From NCBI GenBank assembly GCA_963666055.2, contig CAXWPH010000014.1:320001-384000 (forward strand): a stretch of 64,000 bases of DNA, read 5' to 3'. The translations under genes were made by a program, and so were the position numbers. Of this stretch, positions 10,296 through 20,148 are shown in pieces; positions within the stretch are counted from its first letter, which is position 1, and each line of letters starts with the position of its first letter. Below the pieces are notes generated by a model. That model did no database searches. It was not told the origin of the DNA and saw only the letters and a program-made list of their open reading frames with translations. This DNA is from Acidobacteriota bacterium. Its GTDB lineage: Bacteria; Acidobacteriota; UBA890; WLXD01.

Positions 10296-11126
10296 GCCGA
10301 GATCGCCCGCTGTGTGGTAGCGACGGTTCACGTCCTTCGCCAGCGCCTTGTCAATGATCCATTCGAGCTTCAATGGCAGATCATCACGGATCTCGCGAAC
10401 CGCCTGCGGGGTCTTGCTGATGATCCGGCTGAGAGTCTCGTGAATGTTGCCGCCCGCAAACGCCCGCCGTCCCGTGACCATCTCGTAGAACACCGCACCA
10501 AAGGCAAACAGGTCCGCCCGATGGTCGATCTTGTCAGAGCCCTCCACCTGCTCCGGGGCCATGTAGCCAGCAGTGCCCATCACCTGACCCGCGACTGTCC
10601 CCATCATCGTGGGTGATTGCGTTGCACCGCCAGGTGAGCCCGTAACCGCCACCTCGGTCAGCTTCGCCAGACCGAAGTCCAGCACCTTGGCGTGGCGCTC
10701 CTTGGTGACGAAGATGTTCTCCGGTTTCAGATCCCGGTGGATGATCCCGGCGGCGTGAGCTGCTGCCAATGCCTCGGCGATCTCGGTGGCCAAGCCGAGC
10801 GCCTTCTTAAGCGGCAGCGCGCCCTTGCTCAGTGGCTCCCGCAGCGTGTCTCCCTCCAGGTACTCCTGCACCATGAAATGGGTGCCGTCCTCGGTGCCGA
10901 TATCGTGAACGACAGCGATGTGCGGGTGGTTGAGGGCGGCGGCAGCACGGGCCTCCTGCTCGAAGCGGGCCAGGCGCTCGGGATCAGAGGCAAACTCATC
11001 GGGTAGCACCTTGATGGCCACCTTGCGGCCCAGGCGAGTGTCCTCGCCGAGGTACACCTCTCCCATGCCGCCCGCACCGAGCGGCTCGATGATCTTGAAG
11101 TGGCCTAGTTTGGTGCCGGGGTCCAT
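10203..11126 (-). pseudogene. Hanks-type Ser/Thr protein kinase, catalytic domain only, C-terminus replaced by IS6 remnant
   Basis: [26 protein letters not shown] intact; sequence switches to transposase-like after 'RRYHTAGDL'. Confidence 0.8.
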
Positions 11127-11149
11127 AGCGCTACCAGAGGCAGGTGGAG

Positions 11150-11191
11150 GAGCGCCTGAAGCCTATCGCCAGAGCACGCAGGGTTCCACGG
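11150..11191 (-). promoter_or_regulatory. Putative kinase promoter GTGGAA-N18-TAGGCT (shared with 14035-14076)
   Basis: 21-bp identity GAGCGCCTGAAGCCTATCGCC upstream of both kinase starts. Confidence 0.55.
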
Positions 11192-11583
11192 GACGAGAGT
11201 CCTGTCCGCCACTCCGGCAAGCGTCGCTCGGCTACATCTGAGCGGGCGCAGATACCACTGCATCTTGCCGACGCGCCGCCGTGTACGCGAAGCTTTTGTA
11301 TGGCGCGGATGCCGTGGCGACAACAATCAAGCGTGGTACCAAGCGAGCGGTACGCATTGAAGGCACTGCCAACGAAGCCACGCGGCGGTCCCTAGCCATC
11401 GTCGAGGAAGGCCAACACCGCAGATGGCCCCAAATCGCCGTAACCCTTCGGGCGACCGGGGGTTGCGCGCGTATCCTGCGTCGTTCCTCGTCAACGATGG
11501 GGTAACCATCGCCTCCTCCTCTCTCCTTGCCTGCGCCTCGCAAGACCCTGTCGCCAGGCCCACCACACTTTCACCACGGCCTG

Positions 11584-13857
11584 CTAGTGGCCTTCCACCA
11601 CGCGCAGCGGCATCAGCCGGACCGCCTGGCCATCGGGGGTCGTATCCACTACTTGCAGCTCGACCAGGTACTCGCCGGGGGCGAGATACGGCAGCCGCAG
11701 AAGCCCGCCGTATACGCCCGGACCCTCGGACCGCAATGGTTGGGGCGGTACCCAGGCGATGGTGTTTCGTGTGGTCTCTTGGAAGATCAAGGCAGAAACG
11801 TAGGGGTCCGTCGCGCCGCTAACCTGAACGCTCGCGAAGATCTGGAAGCCCTCGGATACGCCCTGGTCTAGCAGCGGTCTGAACGCGGCATCGGCCTCCA
11901 GTACGCCGAGCATCGGATCCGCCATCGTCCACCCGTCGCTGGACGGAACCTGCACCTGCAGCCTCGACGTGCCGAATCGGTCACCGCCGTCTTCAGCGAT
12001 CAGCAGCCGGATATCGTAGGTTCCTGGCTCGACTGACCACTCCGTCGTGTATCGCATGTGCTGGAACGGTGCAACCGGTGCGTACGCTGCCAGATCGGTG
12101 TGTGGCAGAACCGTCGCGTGAGTCTCGCCGCTGATCTCGCCCGCACGATCCAACGCGATGGCATGCACCTGGAAGTACGGGATGCCGAGCACGTCGACCA
12201 GCTCCTCGCGGTTATCCGCGGCGGGACCGATCCCCTCGAAGGCGGGCGCCCAGGTACCGGCGATCGTCTCCGCGGGCCGCGGCAACCCGACAACCAGTAG
12301 GATCTTGGGCGAGCCGTCGGGCTCAAAGCGGTGGAACGCGGCGGCGGGCACCGGGCGTCCCATGACTGAGCCCGGCAGCGCCAATGCTGCGGCCACCTTG
12401 CGAGCCCTGAGCTCCGAATCCGGCAGCTCTCGATAGCCTGACCGGGCTCGAACCTCCGCCTCCGGGTAGCTAACCTGCACCTCGATCTCGTGGTACTCGC
12501 CATCCTCGTGTGGCGCCGGTGGCTCATAGAAGATCAAGTAGAATTGCGTCGCGTCGTTGTACTGCTCCTCCAACGCCCGGTCGAGATCGCTCCAGCCGAT
12601 GAACGACCGGCCGCCGGTCTTCGCAGCCAGGTCCACGAGCGGTACGGTGAGATCGCGATAGGCTGGCCGCACGTGGCGTCGCAGTGCCTTGGAGACCACG
12701 CCAGTGCCGATGGAGGCACTCTTGCCGAGGCTGTTGAGCTCCGAGGTCGGGCGCGGATCGACCGTGTAAATGCTCACGTTGCCCGTGTTCGCGGTTTCGT
12801 ACACCTCGTCCATCAAGTCGAGGACGCGCTGGCTCAGTGCCGACCTTTCAACAGTCGAAGTCCCCGTCGGAGCGTTGACTGCCTCACGCACCGCTGTTGC
12901 GAAAGCCGAGTAGGGGCCCCCCTCGGTGATCATCGCACCGGAGGAGATCCACACCAGGGCAGTGCGGCCTTCCATTGCCGACAAGGCGTTGATGAAGTGA
13001 AGAAGAGTCCGAAGTGTCTGCTCGGCGCGCCGGCGCTCGCGCTCGCCATCTAACCTGGCCTTTCGCTCGAGGTTGTCGAGAAGCTGGAGCAGCATGACCG
13101 GGGTCAAAGCGGCGCGACGCAGCGCCCCCGGCGAATTCGCCGCGTCGATCGCCAACTGCATGAATGGCTCATACTCCTGCTCCATGCGGCTAAAGATAGA
13201 CATGCTCGTCAGCCCCGCCGCCGCCACCGACGCCGCCGCGTTGCGAAGCACTTCACGATCGGTCGTCAGTGGGGCCATCTCCTGCACTGTGCCGGTGTTG
13301 TCGATCAGGAACACGCTGCGCGGCACCTCCAGGTCACCCTCCCCTTCGAAGAAACTCCCGAGAGTCTTGATAAGCCGAGGGTTGTTCCTTCGATCCAGGC
13401 TCGGCAGGTCGACCAGGTAGACCACAGCCCCGAGACTTGCAGGGCTTCGCCGGACGGGTGTGGGCTCCGCTGGCACAGCGAGCGATTCCGCGCGCGCCGT
13501 GACCGTTTCGTCGTGAGAGGCCACGTTGGTGACCTGTCCCCTTGTCAGGCTGACGAGCTGGACGTTCAAGATCTCCTGCTCGAGCCCATCCTCGAAGATC
13601 CGGAAGTCGTCCGCCTTCAAGTCGTGGATGAAGTTGCCGTCCTTATCGGCAACGATGGCGTCGACACGCACGCGCCTGACCGCCGACCGGAACATCGGCG
13701 TCTGCGCCGGCAGCGCCTCCTGAGCCAGCATCACGAAAGACGCCGCACTCCAGCTCGCGCCGGCCACCGCGACGGCACTCGCAACCGGTAGTCCGGTGAC
13801 GGTCAACGCCAGGACGAGGCCGATGAACCGAATTGCGTGCTCACGCTCTTTCACCAA
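11584..13857 (-). CDS. VWA domain-containing secreted protein (Acidobacterial VWFA-related type)
   Basis: Signal peptide; 'FRSAVRRVRVDAIVADKDGNFIHDLKADDFRIFEDG'; 'LAAKTGG'; 'YHEIEVQV...VRARSGY'. Confidence 0.85.
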   Translation of the reverse strand: MVKEREHAIRFIGLVLALTVTGLPVASAVAVAGASWSAASFVMLAQEALPAQTPMFRSAVRRVRVDAIVADKDGNFIHDLKADDFRIFEDGLEQEILNVQLVSLTRGQVTNVASHDETVTARAESLAVPAEPTPVRRSPASLGAVVYLVDLPSLDRRNNPRLIKTLGSFFEGEGDLEVPRSVFLIDNTGTVQEMAPLTTDREVLRNAAASVAAAGLTSMSIFSRMEQEYEPFMQLAIDAANSPGALRRAALTPVMLLQLLDNLERKARLDGERERRRAEQTLRTLLHFINALSAMEGRTALVWISSGAMITEGGPYSAFATAVREAVNAPTGTSTVERSALSQRVLDLMDEVYETANTGNVSIYTVDPRPTSELNSLGKSASIGTGVVSKALRRHVRPAYRDLTVPLVDLAAKTGGRSFIGWSDLDRALEEQYNDATQFYLIFYEPPAPHEDGEYHEIEVQVSYPEAEVRARSGYRELPDSELRARKVAAALALPGSVMGRPVPAAAFHRFEPDGSPKILLVVGLPRPAETIAGTWAPAFEGIGPAADNREELVDVLGIPYFQVHAIALDRAGEISGETHATVLPHTDLAAYAPVAPFQHMRYTTEWSVEPGTYDIRLLIAEDGGDRFGTSRLQVQVPSSDGWTMADPMLGVLEADAAFRPLLDQGVSEGFQIFASVQVSGATDPYVSALIFQETTRNTIAWVPPQPLRSEGPGVYGGLLRLPYLAPGEYLVELQVVDTTPDGQAVRLMPLRVVEGH

Positions 13858-13888
13858 AGATCTCCTGCGCCCAAGGGCACCTCACACA

Positions 13889-14011
13889 TCACCGCAAACC
13901 TACCTGCCGGCGTCCCAGGCGCGTGTCCTGTGCCAGGTACACCTCACCCATGCCGCCAGCACCGAGCTGCTCGGTGATCTCGTAGGAGCCTAGTCTGGTT
14001 CCGGGCTCCAT
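13889..14011 (-). pseudogene. N-terminal 40-aa remnant of a second Ser/Thr kinase
   Basis: [35 protein letters not shown] then stop; paralogous to the 11126 start. Confidence 0.85.
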
Positions 14012-14244
14012 GGCGCTCTAGGAAGGAGGTAGGTGAGCGCCTGAAGCCTATCGCCGGGGCGGGCGAGGGTCCACGGAAAGTGCCGTTTCGTGAGACTGAG
14101 CTACGACGCTACCGATCCATCGGCAGATCCCTGTACGAATGAATGACGCTGGCGCTTCCCGTGAAGCAGGGAGCGTCGAGACTGCGGGGCCCGTTCCCGA
14201 GAGGAGCCGAATCGCGGCATGTACGTGGCATTTCGGTCAGACGC

Positions 14245-14301
14245 AGTAAGTCCCGGTGACCAGCACGGGGAATGTAAGTTGCTGAGCCACCGGGACTTAC
14301 T
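14245..14301. repeat. 14-bp inverted repeat immediately 3' of tRNA (terminator or att-associated hairpin)
   Basis: AGTAAGTCCCGGTG (14245-14258) ... CACCGGGACTTACT (14288-14301). Confidence 0.7.
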
Positions 14302-14305
14302 TCAG

Positions 14306-14379
<74 letters not shown>

Positions 14380-14416
14380 TCCAGGAAAAAGACGGTACGA
14401 CAGGCTCCAGGGGTCG

Positions 14417-15349
14417 TCAAGCGCGCTGCCGGGACAGCTCGATGAGCGGAAACCCAGCGCGGGCGCGGCGGCGCAGCAAACGTGCCTTGAGGGTGGCCAC
14501 GGCGGCGCGCCAGGCGGCTGGTGGGCGGACCAGGTGGACGGCTAGATGCAGCTGTTCGCTGATCCGCGCCAGCCGCGCCGGGGTCAGGAAACCGATGCCG
14601 CCGAACCAGTCCGTATCGTGGCCGGAGCTGCGCATGGCGCGGCGCTGTTCCTCGAGCATCTGCTCGCCGTCGTGTTCACGATGGTAGTAGGGCGTATCCA
14701 TGACAACCAGGCTGCCGCTCGGGCGGAGCACTCGGAGCGCTTCCGAGAACGTGTCTCGAAGGGCAGTGGAGTAGTGGATGCTGCCATTGAAGATCAGCAT
14801 GTCGGCGTCACTGTCGGCGAACGGCAGGCGATCGAAGCCCGCCTGGATGGTCAAGATCGAGCCGGGTTCGGCGTAGCGTGCGAGAGCGCCGAGGCCGTCG
14901 CGTTCATCGACATTGACATCGACGGCGGCGATTCGATGACCACTACACGCGAGGCGGTGACTGAGCCAGCCATTACCCGCGCCCACGTCGACAATGCGGA
15001 GGGCGGCCGTACGCGACATCGGGCCGACGATGCACCGCTCCAGGCATTGGTAGCTCTGAGCCCGAATTCTCCATACTTCGGGGTAACGGCCGGAGCGATC
15101 CTCGAACGGCAACGCGCGGTAGAACTCGGCGTCGTCGCTGCCCCAGCCCTCGGCCTCGCGCACCCGCTCGTAGTGATCCAGGAAAGCCTGGTGGGCGATG
15201 CTGTCAGCATCACGCAGGAGCCGCCAGATTCCCGCCTCGGCGTTCCACACACGGTTTTCACTCGAGCAACGGCGGGCGTCGCCGACCGACTCCTCGAGGG
15301 GGCCACGGCACTCCGGACAGATGAGCCGAAATACCGGGGTTGCGGGCAC
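14417..15349 (-). CDS. Class I SAM-dependent methyltransferase with N-terminal Trm112-like zinc ribbon
   Basis: 'LICPECRGPL'; 'IVDVGAGNGW'; 'LPFAD'; 'LRPSG'. Confidence 0.85.
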   Translation of the reverse strand: MPATPVFRLICPECRGPLEESVGDARRCSSENRVWNAEAGIWRLLRDADSIAHQAFLDHYERVREAEGWGSDDAEFYRALPFEDRSGRYPEVWRIRAQSYQCLERCIVGPMSRTAALRIVDVGAGNGWLSHRLACSGHRIAAVDVNVDERDGLGALARYAEPGSILTIQAGFDRLPFADSDADMLIFNGSIHYSTALRDTFSEALRVLRPSGSLVVMDTPYYHREHDGEQMLEEQRRAMRSSGHDTDWFGGIGFLTPARLARISEQLHLAVHLVRPPAAWRAAVATLKARLLRRRARAGFPLIELSRQRA

Positions 15350-15410
15350 GCCGACAGCCTAGCAGAGCCGCCCCGAGGATCACCCCGGCGATGCTGGTAC
15401 GCTACATCCC

Positions 15411-15908
15411 ATGGTCGAGGCGGAGGCACGAATCAAGCGCTGGCTCTCGGTACCGGGGAGCTCGGCCGCGTTGCAGCCGATCGTGCGGAACATGGCACGT
15501 CTGTTCGCGCCGCGTCACCGGATCGGTGTGTTCGTCGCTACCTTCGACAACGACGACCGCGTGCTCCTGCTGCGGCACGTACTGCATCCGGCGGCTCCCT
15601 GGGGTCTGCCTGGCGGCTGGCTGGCGCGGCATGAGCGGCCGCAGGACGGAGCCCGGCGCGAGTTCCTTGAGGAGACCGGGCTCGACGTCGAAATCGGAGA
15701 GATAGCTCAGCTCGAGATCGAGAGCGAGCCCGAACACGTAACGATCGTATTTCTGGGCCGGGTGCTCGCCGGTGACGTTCGGCTCGGCGCCGAGATTACC
15801 GACCATGGGTGGTTCGACGAGGGAGAGTTACCGACCGGCACGCCGCCATTCTTCAGGGCCGCGATTCGGCATGCGGCGCAACGGGCGCGCGAGGTCGATC
15901 CGCGATGA
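15411..15908 (+). CDS. NUDIX hydrolase
   Basis: Nudix box 'LPGGWLARHERPQDGARREFLEETG'. Confidence 0.9.
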   Translation: MVEAEARIKRWLSVPGSSAALQPIVRNMARLFAPRHRIGVFVATFDNDDRVLLLRHVLHPAAPWGLPGGWLARHERPQDGARREFLEETGLDVEIGEIAQLEIESEPEHVTIVFLGRVLAGDVRLGAEITDHGWFDEGELPTGTPPFFRAAIRHAAQRAREVDPR

Positions 15909-17041
15909 CGCTCCGCGTTGGCATCGATGCACGGTTCGTCGATCCGGCCTACCCGGGGATAGGGCGTTACGTGTCTAATCTGATTCCCGCGCTAACTCGC
16001 CAGGCCGGCATCGGTCGAGTATGCGTCTTCCACCGCACCGAGCAACCACTCGACCCCCTGGCGCGCGGAGCACGCCCAGATACCTTGCTCTGGATAAGGG
16101 TGCGGGCGCGGGTGCGATCGCTGGCTGAGCAGCTCGAGCTGCCGCGTCTGGCACAGCGCCACCGACTCGACGTGTTCCACGCGCCCTACGTGCTAGCGCC
16201 CATGCGCCTCCCCTGCCCCATGGTGGTGAACGTTTACGACCTGATTCCGCTCCGCCCCGACGGCGGCCTGTCGACGCCGAGAAGAGCGGCCTTCCGGCAG
16301 CTGGTTCGGCTGGCAATGCGGCGCGCCGACGTCGTGGTGGCGCTGTCGGAAGCGGCTCGGGCGCAGATCAACGCCACGTTTCCGCGTGCTCCAACACCGA
16401 TCCATGTAACACCGGCAGCGGCGGGCGAAGAGTTCCGGCCGATCGGCGCCGCTGCGAGCCGCGCGGCGCTCGCCGGGCTGAGCCTTCCCGAGAGCTACCT
16501 GCTCTACGTTGGTGCTCGGCGACCCCACAAGAACCTGGCCCGGCTGCTGGAAGCCTGGGGACGGCTTGGAGACGACAGGCAAGGGGCGCAGTTGCTGCTC
16601 GCCGGCGCCACCGGTGGCGATGAGATGCCGAGCTCCTCCGCGGCGGCGAGTCGTGAGCTCGACAACGTGCGGATCCTCGGTCGTATTCCCAACGCCGTAT
16701 TGCCACCCTTGTACTCGCGAGCCCAGGGGTACGTGCAACCGTCCATCGAGGAAGGATTCGGGTTTACAGTGCTCGAGGCGATGGCCTGCGGTGTCCCCGT
16801 CGCCTGCTCGGCAACGGCCGGCCTCCGCGAGCTCACAGGCTCGGCAGCGATCCACTTCGATCCGTTCAACACGGGCTCCATCGCTGCCGCCCTTCGACAC
16901 CTGCTTGCCGACGAGCGCGGCCGCGCCGATCGAATCCGCGCCGGTCTGTGGCGCGCCGCCGAGCTCGATTGGAACCATACCGCCGCCTCCACGGTCGAGA
17001 TCTACCGGGATATCGCCCGACCGGCGGCACGGGTGGCGTAA
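15905..17041 (+). CDS. Glycosyltransferase family 4 protein
   Basis: 'IGIDAR'-type start, 'YVGARRPHKN', 'EEGFGFTVLEAMACG'; ATGA overlap with NUDIX gene. Confidence 0.92.
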   Translation: MTLRVGIDARFVDPAYPGIGRYVSNLIPALTRQAGIGRVCVFHRTEQPLDPLARGARPDTLLWIRVRARVRSLAEQLELPRLAQRHRLDVFHAPYVLAPMRLPCPMVVNVYDLIPLRPDGGLSTPRRAAFRQLVRLAMRRADVVVALSEAARAQINATFPRAPTPIHVTPAAAGEEFRPIGAAASRAALAGLSLPESYLLYVGARRPHKNLARLLEAWGRLGDDRQGAQLLLAGATGGDEMPSSSAAASRELDNVRILGRIPNAVLPPLYSRAQGYVQPSIEEGFGFTVLEAMACGVPVACSATAGLRELTGSAAIHFDPFNTGSIAAALRHLLADERGRADRIRAGLWRAAELDWNHTAASTVEIYRDIARPAARVA

Positions 17042-17046
17042 GTCGG

Positions 17047-17085
17047 ATGCGGGTTCTGCACGTGTACAAGGATCTAACCGCCTAG
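17047..17085 (+). pseudogene. Original 5' end (MRVLHVYKD) of the GT4 gene now at 24240; attL-like
   Basis: Starts 5 nt after the upstream GT4 stop; matches MRILHVYKD at 24240; shared core TACAAGGA. Confidence 0.85.
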
Positions 17086-17296
17086 TTGTCGTCGCCCGCT
17101 TCTCCGTTGGTCTCGGGCAGCAGCGACACCTGCCCGTCATTCTCGGGTCTACGTGTGTGGTCGTGGACTGTGATGATCTCGTTTCGCTTGTCTAGGCTGC
17201 CATCGCGTAATCGGCGCACGATGCTACGCAGTTCAAGGCTGAGCAGTCCGCCTGCTCCCCTACCCCGTCCGCCCACAGCAAGCCGGAGAGACGAAC

Positions 17297-17422
17297 ATGA
17301 TGCGTAGCCGACTTGCCCTGGTGATCATCGTCGTTCTGTTAGCGTTTGCCTGGCACTCATCGTCGTTCGAATCATCTAGCGCACCCTCCCGTGGTGAGAG
17401 CCGATCTATTCCGCTAGGCTGA
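17297..17422 (+). pseudogene. Signal-peptide-only remnant running into repeat A1
   Basis: GGAG RBS; MMRSRLALVIIVVLLAFAWHSSS then continues into the repeat and stops. Confidence 0.4.
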
Positions 17423-17520
17423 GCAGCCTTTGCAGCGCACCGCCCCTTCCGGAACCCGCGACCGGCGATCCGTACACCCGAGACTGATCGACCATGACCC
17501 CGACCACCTACCGAGTCCCC
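17386..17520 (+). repeat. Island repeat copy 1 (motif A promoter-like + motif B TGACCCCGACCACCTACCGAGTCC)
   Basis: CTCCCGTGGTGAGAGCCGATCTATTCCGCTAGGCTGAGCAGCCTTT also at 19238 and 20035; motif B also at 19652 and 20122. Confidence 0.92.
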
Positions 17521-17562
17521 TACACCAAGCGTCCACAGCGAGCAGGAGGAGAACAACACCGG

Positions 17563-18696
17563 ATGACCGCACTTCGCAGCGTTTCAGGGATCGCCGCCAC
17601 GCTCGGGATCTTGATCTACGTCTGGGTGATGGGGCCCGCGGAGGCCGTTTCCGCGCCGGCGTCACCGTCAAACCCGGCTGTAGGAGGCACCGCCGCGCGA
17701 GCCGCTGGCGACTGCCCGACCAGCAACTTCCCGGAGGTCAGCGCCGATCCCGCAAATGGTGCTTACCCGGATCCCTCGGTGCAAGTCTCGTGCAACTCGA
17801 AGTACCTCAAGGTGAGGAGCAACGGCATCCCGAACTATGAGTTCGTGCAGACTACGCCCAACGAGCTGCAGGCACAGGACCACACGTTCAAAGTGCCGCT
17901 GTATCCGGCGCTGGTGGGCGAGACGACCGAAATTCCGCTGCTGGACACCGTCGCCTTCGCGGTCAACGGCATTCCGATCTTTGGCCCCAACGAGGGGCCT
18001 TTGCCTGATCCGTTCGGCGATCCGGTGTTCAACGGCCTTCTCGACGATTGCCTGGGACACACCGCAGAGCGCGGCGACTATCACTACCACGCCATGCTGG
18101 TCACGTGTCCGATCGAGGGTATTATCGGGCGTACTGATGCCTCCCCGGTGATCGGCTATGCCAACGACGGGTTCCCGATCTACGGTCCGTTCGGATGCAG
18201 CGATGCGGACTGCTCGAAGGTCATCGAGTATCAGAGCGCCTGGCAGCAGATCGGCGACCCATCGACGTTCGCCTGGGACGCCTACGAGTACGCTGAGCGC
18301 AAGCAGGACAAGTACCTCGATCAATGCAACGGGCACGAGGGACCCCAGGGCGATTACCACTATCACGCCACCGAGGACTTCCCCTACCTCCTCGGTTGCT
18401 ACTCGGGCAGCGAGGATCCCGGTGCGGCGCCGCCGAGCAACCTGCGGGCCAAGACGCGCTCGAACCAACGCGTACTGCTTCGCTGGAAGGACAACGCCAA
18501 GAGCGAGACCGGCTATCGGGTGGAGATGGCCGCCGGCGACGGGGACTTCGAGGCCGTTACGGAGACTGGCAAGAACGTCAAGAAGTACCTGGTCGAGGAC
18601 CTCGAGGCCGGTGAGACCTATACTTTTCGCGTGCGCGCACTGAGCAAAGCCGGCGTTTCCAACCCATCAAGCGCGGTGTCTGCTACCGCGAAGTGA
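17563..18696 (+). CDS. Secreted YHYH-domain protein with C-terminal fibronectin type III domain
   Basis: Two 'GDYHYHA' motifs, 'AVNGIPI', 'GYANDGFPIYGP'; FN3 'LRWKDN...GYRVE...LEAGETYTFRVRA'; AGGAGG RBS. Confidence 0.88.
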   Translation: MTALRSVSGIAATLGILIYVWVMGPAEAVSAPASPSNPAVGGTAARAAGDCPTSNFPEVSADPANGAYPDPSVQVSCNSKYLKVRSNGIPNYEFVQTTPNELQAQDHTFKVPLYPALVGETTEIPLLDTVAFAVNGIPIFGPNEGPLPDPFGDPVFNGLLDDCLGHTAERGDYHYHAMLVTCPIEGIIGRTDASPVIGYANDGFPIYGPFGCSDADCSKVIEYQSAWQQIGDPSTFAWDAYEYAERKQDKYLDQCNGHEGPQGDYHYHATEDFPYLLGCYSGSEDPGAAPPSNLRAKTRSNQRVLLRWKDNAKSETGYRVEMAAGDGDFEAVTETGKNVKKYLVEDLEAGETYTFRVRALSKAGVSNPSSAVSATAK

Positions 18697-18797
18697 TCTC
18701 TCCCGGAGTGCAGGAGCGTAGGGAACCAGGCTCGGAATAGGCGTGAATACCGTGAAGGTCGGGCGCGAACAGCATCTCGACCGGCAAGGCGAATCCT

Positions 18798-19136
18798 ATG
18801 CGGAACCAGCTGACGGAAGTAGCGACGAGTGAGCTACAACGCCACGTAGAGCGCCTACACGACTGCGCAGCGACCTGCAGCGCCGCAGTTGAGGTCCATG
18901 ATCGCTTCGGTAGCGAGACGGCATGGCGTGGCGTCGTCCACGTCTTCGACCTCACGTACCATCCCACGGCTGACCTTTGCTACGCTTGGTCGTCACCCGT
19001 GGCCGGATCTCGGAAGCGGCGTTTCTACGCGGTTCTACACACCGAGCAGGTGGACTCGCCCGCGAAAGCGGTTCGGGCTGCGATTGTCAAAGACTTCAAG
19101 AGAGAGAGTCAGTGGTTGGGGGTTAAGCGCGATTAG
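18798..19136 (+). CDS. Conserved hypothetical protein of a type seen near mobile elements
   Basis: 'WRGVVHVFDL..HP.A..CYAWSSP...RRFYAVLH...DSP..AVRAAI' pattern recalled from a small uncharacterised family. Confidence 0.7.
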   Translation: MRNQLTEVATSELQRHVERLHDCAATCSAAVEVHDRFGSETAWRGVVHVFDLTYHPTADLCYAWSSPVAGSRKRRFYAVLHTEQVDSPAKAVRAAIVKDFKRESQWLGVKRD

Positions 19137-19237
19137 TCGCAGCGTTCAAATTAGGACACCACCTGATGTTGGGTCTTGTCGGTGTCAGCGGGCCAGGATT
19201 CATACATACACCCACGGTTTTGTCGAGAGGTCCTTAT

Positions 19238-19313
19238 CTCCCGTGGTGAGAGCCGATCTATTCCGCTAGGCTGAGCAGCCTTTCCGGAGCACCGCCGACG
19301 GTAGCCCGGATCA
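19238..19313 (+). repeat. Island repeat motif A, copy 2
   Basis: Near-identical to 17386 and 20035. Confidence 0.92.
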
Positions 19314-19421
19314 GTGATGACCGCAGACCCCTTCCCGGACCTGCGAGCGAAAGGGAGCAAGAACGAAACATGACTGCGGTCGCTTTGTAGTTGGCGACCG
19401 AAGGACTAACGGGAGGTAGCA

Positions 19422-19655
19422 ATGGCACTCATTGAGTGTTGGGGCTGCGGGCACCAGGTGTCGGATAAGGAGATGAGGTGCGCCGGTTGTGGGACCCCGA
19501 TCGCCAAAGAGGAACCCATCGCGGCGCCCGTTGAAACCACCGCTGGGCCGCGCGACACGGACAATGCGTCCGAGCAAAAAACCCCGCACGCTCTTTCCGC
19601 GAGACTCGCCAAGCGTCTAGCAGGGCTCCGCGCCAAGGCCCGCAAGAGCGAGTGA
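19422..19655 (+). CDS. Zinc-ribbon domain small protein (probably internally deleted)
   Basis: GGGAGG RBS; MALIECWGCGHQVSDKEMRCAGCG; C-terminus RLAKRLAGLRAKA matches end of the 20168 ORF. Confidence 0.7.
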   Translation: MALIECWGCGHQVSDKEMRCAGCGTPIAKEEPIAAPVETTAGPRDTDNASEQKTPHALSARLAKRLAGLRAKARKSE

Positions 19656-19749
19656 CCCCGACCACCTACCGAGTCCTCTGCCCGGGAGCACGAATAGCCA
19701 CGTGACCGACGACGACGGGGACCAAAAGCAAGAGCGCCCGCCGAACACG

Positions 19750-19920
19750 AACGACTCTTCTTGCGGTCGTTCGTCTGTGTCAGCGCTGACCCCGCGACCC
19801 GCCGCTGTGCCTTTGTACTCTTCGGTCGACGCTCCGCTGTGCCTTCGTGTTCTTCGGATCGCGCAAGATCCTGCCGGCTTTCGACGCCACCTTCCTCGAT
19901 GTTCTCTTGTTCTTCGCCAA
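19750..19920 (-). pseudogene. Small basic protein (MAKNKRTSRKVASKAGRILRDPK...AGSALTQ), frameshifted by an internal diverged duplication
   Basis: GGGAGG RBS + TTG; segments PKNTKAQRSV and PKSTKAQRRV occur in tandem in different frames. Confidence 0.6.
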
Positions 19921-20034
19921 CTTGCCTCCCGTCGTCTTGCATGCTCGGAACGCCCCTCCGGATTCTACCAGTCGGCTCCGAAACCCTTCGGAAGAGCGGT
20001 CGCGACGCCTCCCCTCGCAAATCGCCCGGCAGCT

Positions 20035-20148
20035 CTCCCGTGGTGAGAGCCGATCGATTCCGCTAGGCTGAGCAGCCTTTGCGGAGCACCGCCGACGGCA
20101 ACCCGGAGCAGGCACACCGAAATGACCCCCGCCACCTACCGAGTCCCC
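20035..20148 (+). repeat. Island repeat copy 3 (motif A + motif B)
   Basis: Near-identical motif A; ATGACCCCCGCCACCTACCGAGTCCCC at 20122. Confidence 0.92.

Noticed and set aside
11200-11580. Small ORFs between kinase and VWA gene
   Set aside because: No recognisable motif or RBS; probably debris
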